From contig JBKQLG010000313.1 in assembly GCA_052147235.1 (NCBI GenBank), positions 82-64,081 of the forward strand: a DNA stretch of 64,000 bases, read 5' to 3'. This DNA comes from Terracidiphilus sp. (GTDB taxonomy: Bacteria; Acidobacteriota; Terriglobia; Terriglobales; Acidobacteriaceae). Position 1 is the stretch's first letter. Every line of letters begins with the position of its first letter. Positions 58,746-64,000 of this stretch are shown one piece after another. A program made the translations under genes and the position numbers. Under the pieces are notes generated by a model, which saw nothing but the letters and a program-made list of their open reading frames with translations, made no database searches and had not been told where the DNA came from.

Positions 58746-59827
58746 GCGCGCTCGTAGAAGCGGAAGAAGAGCGAGGGCTTGGAGACCGGCTCGGCGCGCT
58801 TCACCAGCGCCTCTGCCTGGCTGTCGCTCAATGGTGTGAACTCCCGCGCCAGTTGCACGTTCTCTTCCAGTTGGGCAATCGAATCGCAGCCGATGATGAC
58901 CGTGCTCACCGGGCGAGACAAGGTGTAGTACATCGCCTCGCGCATGGTGATGGTGCCCGGCCCGGTGGCCTGCACCGACATGCCTTCCCAGGAGTGCTTC
59001 TGCTGCTCGATGGGCGGCGGCGTCCATGTGGAGAGAATGCGCCCGCGCGCCGGAATCTTCATTCCGATGATGCCCATCTGCCGCTCGACCGCCAGCGGCA
59101 ACAGCTCCTGGTTAAAGCTGTAGTGGTGCGGGTCGGCGGCGTTCATCGCCATCAGAATCGTATCGAAGGGATGGCGCCGGATGCACTCCATCAGCGCATC
59201 GGGCCGGTAGTGGCCGGTGATGCCGAGGTTGCGCACCACCTTCTGCTGCTGCATCTCCAGGAGCGCTTCCATCGCGCCGCCCTTGGCAAAAATGGCGTTC
59301 ACGTCGGTCATGGTGCCGACGTCGTGCAACTGCCAGAGGTCCACATGGTCGGTCTGGAGCAGTTCGAGCGATTTCTCGATCATGCGCATCGAATCGTCGC
59401 GCGTCCGCTCCTTGGTCTTGGTGGCCAGGAAGGCCTCGTTGCGACGGCGCGCCATCACTTTGCCGATGTACTGCTCGCTCCAGCGCGGCGGCCCGCCGTA
59501 GATCGACGAGGTGTCGATGTAGTTGACGCCCAGGTCCAGCGCGCGCTCGACAATGGGCACGGCCACATCGAAGTTGTCGGGCTTCTCCAGCGCGGCCTGG
59601 CCGCCCAGCGAGAAGATGCCCACGCGGTAGCCGGTCCTGCCCAGGTTGCGGGTGGGCATGGCCGCGGGCGTCCTGGGGTTCGACGGCAGCGCGGGAAGCG
59701 CTGAGAGCGCCTTGGGTGTTCCGGCCAGCGCCGAGGGCGCCAGCAATGCGGCGGTGATTGCGCCGCCCGCCTTCAGGAATTCACGGCGGCCCTGCTTGCG
59801 CGCCGCCAACGGTAGATTGTCGCTCAT
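58742..59827 (-). CDS. aldo/keto reductase with a Tat signal peptide
   Basis: The ATG at 59827 follows GGAGG. RREFLKAGGAITAALLAPSALAG looks like a Tat signal. The AKR core is LGRTGYRVGIFSLGG...GVNYIDTSSIYG... Confidence 0.85.
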   Translation of the reverse strand: MSDNLPLAARKQGRREFLKAGGAITAALLAPSALAGTPKALSALPALPSNPRTPAAMPTRNLGRTGYRVGIFSLGGQAALEKPDNFDVAVPIVERALDLGVNYIDTSSIYGGPPRWSEQYIGKVMARRRNEAFLATKTKERTRDDSMRMIEKSLELLQTDHVDLWQLHDVGTMTDVNAIFAKGGAMEALLEMQQQKVVRNLGITGHYRPDALMECIRRHPFDTILMAMNAADPHHYSFNQELLPLAVERQMGIIGMKIPARGRILSTWTPPPIEQQKHSWEGMSVQATGPGTITMREAMYYTLSRPVSTVIIGCDSIAQLEENVQLAREFTPLSDSQAEALVKRAEPVSKPSLFFRFYERA

Positions 59828-59983
59828 GATGACCTCCTCTCCGTTCTGCTTGCCTCGTAGGAGTTCATCATAGAACGGAAAAGGGGCGAATGGGAATAGA
59901 TTTCCAGAGCCCCGAGACGCCCCTCCCGTTATCGAATTCAAATCTTTACAATATTTTCGACGGCCGTTCGTCTTCAGAATTGG

Positions 59984-60559
59984 ATGGATGAGGCGCTGAT
60001 GATCGCTTCAATGATAGAGCAGAACCGGCAAATCTCCGAAGTCATTGCGGAAGAGCGATCCCGGCTGCGCAATTTCATCCGCAAGCGGGTGCCCAACGAA
60101 GCCGACGTAGAGGAGCTTTTGCAAGAGGTCTTCTACGAACTGGTGGAAGCCAATCGCCTGCTGATGCCTATCGACTACGTGACCGGCTGGCTCTTCAGCG
60201 TCGCGCGCAATCGCATCACCGACCTCTTCCGCAAGAAGAGGCCGGAGAACTTCACCGACGCCGCGGTCACGGACGAAGACGGCACAGTGCTGCGGATCGA
60301 AGATCTGCTGCCATCGCCCGATGCCGGACCGGAGGCTCTTTACCTGCGCAACCGGCTGCTGGAAGAACTGGAATCCGCGCTCGATGAATTGCCCGCCGAG
60401 CAGCGCGCGGTCTTTGTGGCGCACGAACTGGAGGGGCGCAGCTTCAATGAGCTGTCGGCGATGAGCGGCGTCAACGTTAACACATTGCTCGCGCGCAAGC
60501 GCTATGCGGTGCTTCATCTGCGCCGGCGATTGCAGAGCTTTCACGACGAATTCTTGTAG
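59984..60559 (+). CDS. ECF-type RNA polymerase sigma-70 family factor
   Basis: Region 2 (EELLQEVFYELVEA...WLFSVARNRITDLFRKK) and region 4 (LPAEQRAVFVAHELEGRSFNELSAMSGVNVNTLLARKRYAV). Confidence 0.85.
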   Translation: MDEALMIASMIEQNRQISEVIAEERSRLRNFIRKRVPNEADVEELLQEVFYELVEANRLLMPIDYVTGWLFSVARNRITDLFRKKRPENFTDAAVTDEDGTVLRIEDLLPSPDAGPEALYLRNRLLEELESALDELPAEQRAVFVAHELEGRSFNELSAMSGVNVNTLLARKRYAVLHLRRRLQSFHDEFL

Positions 60560-60575
60560 AAATGAGGAACACATC

Positions 60576-60932
60576 ATGGAACACGGCTGGGTTAAAAGAA
60601 ACAAGTGGATCTTTCTTGCAGCTCCGGTGGCGCTCGCGGCTTTCATCTGGATTGGCGGCGAAATCGTTATGCATCTCTGGAACTGGCTGCTGCCGGTGTT
60701 GTTCGGAGTGCGGCTGATCACCTTTTGGCAGGCTCTCGGACTGCTGGCTCTCTGCAGGATTCTCTTCGGAGGCTTTGGTGGCCGCGGCCACGATCACTCC
60801 AAATGGCAAGGCATGTCGGCTGAACGCTGGGAGAAAATGACGCCCGAGGAGCGCGAGAAGTTCCGTCATAGTATGCGTTCGCGCTGGTGCGGTTCTGCGG
60901 AAACAACCGGCGGAACCGGCGAGCCGTCCTGA
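60576..60932 (+). CDS. small membrane protein downstream of the ECF sigma factor
   Basis: The ATG at 60576 follows GAGGAA. It has two hydrophobic helices, then a basic/His-rich tail (GGRGHDHSKWQGMSAERWEKMTPEEREKFRHSMRSRW). There is no zf-HC2 anti-sigma motif. Confidence 0.55.
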   Translation: MEHGWVKRNKWIFLAAPVALAAFIWIGGEIVMHLWNWLLPVLFGVRLITFWQALGLLALCRILFGGFGGRGHDHSKWQGMSAERWEKMTPEEREKFRHSMRSRWCGSAETTGGTGEPS

Positions 60933-61125
60933 CGGTGGATGCGCGCGGGAAGGTTTTCATCACCGTTGAAGATCAATGCTGACACGTGAATTGCCGCGCT
61001 CCGGCCCAGGCTGTAATCGCGTTCTCCATGGCGGGAGAATTTGCGACGCGGGATGGGCCTTGCGCGCGCCTCGTCTGGCTGAGTATCGTTGTGAAGCAGC
61101 GTGAACAATTCCCGAAAAGAGATTC

Positions 61126-62550
61126 ATGGACGTTCTCAAACGGCTTTTCGAGCAGCATTACCGGTTGCCGGCCGAAAGTGTGCAGCCGCTTCAGGGCCAG
61201 CTCGGCGGCTCGGGGCGGGCCATTGTGCGGCTCACCGGCGGAGGTTTCAGCGCCATCGGCATTGTGTATTCCGTGCGCGAGGAGAATCTCGCTTTCCTGG
61301 AGTATTCGCGGCATTTCCGCCGCCACGGATTGCCGGTGCCGGAAATTTACGCGGAGGATTTGAGCGCAGGCGCATACCTGGAAGAAGATTTGGGCGATAC
61401 GACGCTCTTCGAATTTCTTGGGCTTCATCGCTCGGGCGAGTCCATCGCTCCAGAGGTGATGGAAGCGTATCGCAAAGTGGTGTCCGTACTGCCGCGTTTT
61501 CAGGTCGAGGCGGGACGCGATCTGAATTACAAGGTGTGCTATCCGCGCTCCAGTTTTGATCGCCTGTCCATCGCCTGGGATCTGAATTATTTCAAGTATT
61601 ATTTTCTGCGGCTGGCCGGCGTGCCCTTCAACGAACAGGCGCTGGAGGTTGATTTCAGCCGCTTGACGAAGTTTCTGCTCAATGCGGAGCGCGATTATTT
61701 TCTTTATCGGGATTTTCAATCGCGCAATGTGATGCTGCGCTCGGGGCAACCCTTTTTTCTGGACTACCAGGGCGGACGCAAAGGTGCGCTGCAATACGAC
61801 ATTGCCTCTCTGCTCTTCGATGGCAAGGCCGATCTGCCGCCGCAGATGCGCCAGGAACTGCTCGACTACTATCTCGACTGTCTTGCCACTCACATCCCGG
61901 TGGACCGCGATGCATTCATGGAGCACTATTACGGGTACGTGTATGTGCGCATTTTGCAAGCGCTGGGGGCTTATGGCTTCCGCGGATTTTATGAGCGCAA
62001 GGCGCATTTTTTGCAGAGCGTGCCCTACGCACTGAAGAACCTGCGCTGGCTGGCTGAGCACGTCGAGCTGCCCATTGCGATGCCCGCGCTGATGGAAGCT
62101 CTCGATGGCATCGCGGCATCGGAGAAGTTGCAGGGCCTGGCTCCTTCCGCGGGTGCTTTGACGGTGCGGGTGTTCAGTTTTTCCTTCCATCGCGAGATGC
62201 CCACTGATGATTCCGGCAACGGTGGCGGATTTGTCTTCGATACGCGCAGCCTGCCGAATCCCGGGCGTGAAGAGCAGTTCCGATCCATGACCGGCAAGGA
62301 TGCTGCGGTGATCGACTATTTGAATCGCGAGGCAAGCGTGCATCAGTATCTTGCCAACGTTCTGGATCTGGTGAATGCAAGCGTGAACGAATACCGGCGG
62401 CGCGGCTTCAAGAACCTCATGGTCTCGTTCGGCTGCACCGGCGGCCAGCATCGCTCGGTTTATCTGGCCGAGCAGCTGGCCAAGCACCTGCACGGCGCTG
62501 GAGTTGACGTGATCGTGCGCCATATCGAATTGGAGAAGATGGGCCGATGA
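61126..62550 (+). CDS. fusion protein: APH-fold (AmgK-like) sugar kinase N-domain + RapZ C-terminal domain
   Basis: The N-terminal ~330 aa carry the kinase catalytic loop YRDFQSRNVML and the metal-binding FLDYQG. The C-terminal ~140 aa align to the RapZ C-domain: FDTRSLPNPGREEQFRSMTGKD..VIDYL, GCTGGQHRSVYLAEQLAKHL, RHIELEK. Confidence 0.8.
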   Translation: MDVLKRLFEQHYRLPAESVQPLQGQLGGSGRAIVRLTGGGFSAIGIVYSVREENLAFLEYSRHFRRHGLPVPEIYAEDLSAGAYLEEDLGDTTLFEFLGLHRSGESIAPEVMEAYRKVVSVLPRFQVEAGRDLNYKVCYPRSSFDRLSIAWDLNYFKYYFLRLAGVPFNEQALEVDFSRLTKFLLNAERDYFLYRDFQSRNVMLRSGQPFFLDYQGGRKGALQYDIASLLFDGKADLPPQMRQELLDYYLDCLATHIPVDRDAFMEHYYGYVYVRILQALGAYGFRGFYERKAHFLQSVPYALKNLRWLAEHVELPIAMPALMEALDGIAASEKLQGLAPSAGALTVRVFSFSFHREMPTDDSGNGGGFVFDTRSLPNPGREEQFRSMTGKDAAVIDYLNREASVHQYLANVLDLVNASVNEYRRRGFKNLMVSFGCTGGQHRSVYLAEQLAKHLHGAGVDVIVRHIELEKMGR

Positions 62551-63311
62551 AGGCAATGATTTTGGCCGCCGGCCTGGGCACGCGCCTGAGGCCGCTCACC
62601 GACGAATGCCCCAAGGCGCTGGTTACAGTTGCCGGCCGTACGCTGCTGGAGATCACGCTCGCGCGCATGCGCTCCTTTGGCGTGCGCGAGGTAATTGTCA
62701 ACGCGCATCATTACGCCGAGACGATCATTGAATACTTGAAGGCTAACGGCAACTTCGGAATGCGCATTGAAGTCTCATGCGAAGAGAAGTTGCTCAACAC
62801 CGGCGGCGGCTTGAAGAAGGCCGCGTATTTCTTTCGCGATTCGCAGGAGCCGTTCATCCTGCACAACGTCGATGTGATCAGCACGATCGATCTGGGGCGC
62901 ATGATGCGCTTTCACGCGGAAGAGAATGCCCTCGCCACGCTGGCGGTTCAGGAGCGGGAGAGTGTGCGTCAACTGCTCTTCGACGAGACGGGCCAGCTCT
63001 GCGGTCGGCGAGCCGGATGCGATGCGGAGGCTGAGTTAGCGCTGCCCGGCGCAGATGCGCTGGCGCTGGCCTTCTGCGGTATCCACGTCCTCTCTCCGCA
63101 AATCTTCGCGAAGATGAATGAGGAGGGAGCTTTCTCCATCATTACCTCGTATCTGCGGCTCGCGGCGCAGGGAGAAAAGATCATCGCCTTCCGCGCGGAT
63201 GATTGCTATTGGCGCGATCTCGGCCGGCCGGATAGCGTGCTGCAAGCCGCGCTGGATGCGAACGTTCTATCCCAGCTCTCATCATCGGAATCTGGTGCGC
63301 CCGGCCGCTAA
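62547..63311 (+). CDS. murU: sugar-1-phosphate nucleotidyltransferase (MurU-like)
   Basis: MKAMILAAGLGTRLRPLTDECPKALV..AG..LLE N-terminus. ATGA overlap with the kinase-fusion gene. The kinase + nucleotidyltransferase pairing matches the AmgK-MurU MurNAc salvage pair. Specificity is inferred only. Confidence 0.7.
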   Translation: MKAMILAAGLGTRLRPLTDECPKALVTVAGRTLLEITLARMRSFGVREVIVNAHHYAETIIEYLKANGNFGMRIEVSCEEKLLNTGGGLKKAAYFFRDSQEPFILHNVDVISTIDLGRMMRFHAEENALATLAVQERESVRQLLFDETGQLCGRRAGCDAEAELALPGADALALAFCGIHVLSPQIFAKMNEEGAFSIITSYLRLAAQGEKIIAFRADDCYWRDLGRPDSVLQAALDANVLSQLSSSESGAPGR

Positions 63312-63973
63312 TGGCGTCTCTCCAATTCCGCAGACTTCTTCGGCTCATTTAACGCAGTCAGTATTGCATCGGCAATCGCGGCCTCCGAGAGGCTGGATGC
63401 ATCCTTGCGCATTTGTGCCGTGAGATCGGAGAAGAGCGGGCAAATCCTGACCGCGAGCACGGCCAATTGAACGGGATTGGTGGGAATGCTCCATGGAGGA
63501 AAGAGTTCCCTGTTTTTATCGAGGAAGGCAGCCGCTTCTTTTAGAATCTTGTCTTCGTCGCGGTTTTCTATACTTTCATAATCGAATACCCACTCTTTGA
63601 CACGCTGCGCAATTTCAGGCTTGGTCTGCGGGTCAACAGAAATACCCGTCGCGGTAAAGATCCGGCAATCATAATCGCGGCAGGTCTGCGGGCGATCTTC
63701 ATAAATCGAGCATTGGTTGTCGATCAACACGGGGCAGTGCCCGTTGTCGTTATAGCCCATCAGCACGTGGCCCTTAGGCCGGCCGGGAGCGGGAAAGAGC
63801 AGCGCGCGCGGAATCCGGCGAAGGGTTTGCGTTTCCTCCGGCTTGATGTGGATGAACATCGAAGAGCGGCAACAGCCTCTGCACGCGCCGCAGGGCACAT
63901 TGGCCCCGCCGTTTCCCGATCGCAATGAAGCCTCTGTGCCGTGAAGCCATGCGGAGAAATCGCCGGCCGGCAC
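63308..63973 (-). CDS. YkgJ-family (UPF0153) Cys-cluster zinc/iron-chelating protein
   Basis: CGACRGCC...GHCPVLIDNQCSIYEDRPQTCRDYDCRIF is the CxxCxxCC plus C-terminal Cys pattern of YkgJ-type proteins. Confidence 0.75.
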   Translation of the reverse strand: MPAGDFSAWLHGTEASLRSGNGGANVPCGACRGCCRSSMFIHIKPEETQTLRRIPRALLFPAPGRPKGHVLMGYNDNGHCPVLIDNQCSIYEDRPQTCRDYDCRIFTATGISVDPQTKPEIAQRVKEWVFDYESIENRDEDKILKEAAAFLDKNRELFPPWSIPTNPVQLAVLAVRICPLFSDLTAQMRKDASSLSEAAIADAILTALNEPKKSAELERRH

Positions 63974-64000
63974 ACTGGAAGCACTCTTGTTGCTATAGTT

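Noticed and set aside
60973-62556. 527-aa minus-strand ORF
   Set aside because: It is exactly antisense to the kinase-RapZ_C fusion gene, which has clear catalytic and RapZ motifs. The antisense translation has no motifs.

Overview
High-GC (roughly 60-65% by eye) chromosomal segment that looks acidobacterial. The lineage call is an inference from gene content: ADOP-type duplicated permeases and a 'VWFA-related acidobacterial' N-domain protein. I saw no rRNA, tRNA, CRISPR array, transposase or integrase.

The dominant feature is a ~23.5 kb same-strand gene train at 20.7-44.2 kb. It encodes, in order:
- a HlyD/MacA-like adaptor
- a Tat-signal nitroreductase
- a MacB-type ATPase
- six tandem ~810-850 aa duplicated FtsX/MacB permeases (ADOP family)
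- a second, deviant ATPase
- a TolC-like outer-membrane factor
- a sigma-54-dependent response regulator
- a histidine kinase with almost no extracytoplasmic loop

A perfect sigma-54 -24/-12 element (TGGCAC-N5-TTGC) sits at the head of this train.

Other accessory-looking content:
- two type II toxin-antitoxin pairs: HigB/HigA-like 'addiction module killer/antidote', and DUF433/DUF5615
- a NapH-like polyferredoxin, a lipoprotein and two DUF362 proteins with Tat-like N-termini
- an AmgK-like sugar kinase fused to a RapZ C-terminal domain, next to a MurU-like nucleotidyltransferase
- a single-gene low-GC islet
- a dispersed GC-rich repeat family in three copies
- short G-rich/heptamer tandem repeats in intercistronic spacers

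The rest is housekeeping: cimA-like synthase, acnA, ribF, ygfZ-like, GH3 beta-glucosidase, ctaB, ssb, asnS and others.

Many long ORFs in the six-frame track are antisense or out-of-frame artefacts typical of high-GC DNA, and I rejected them. All functional calls come from motif and family recognition by eye; no searches were run.
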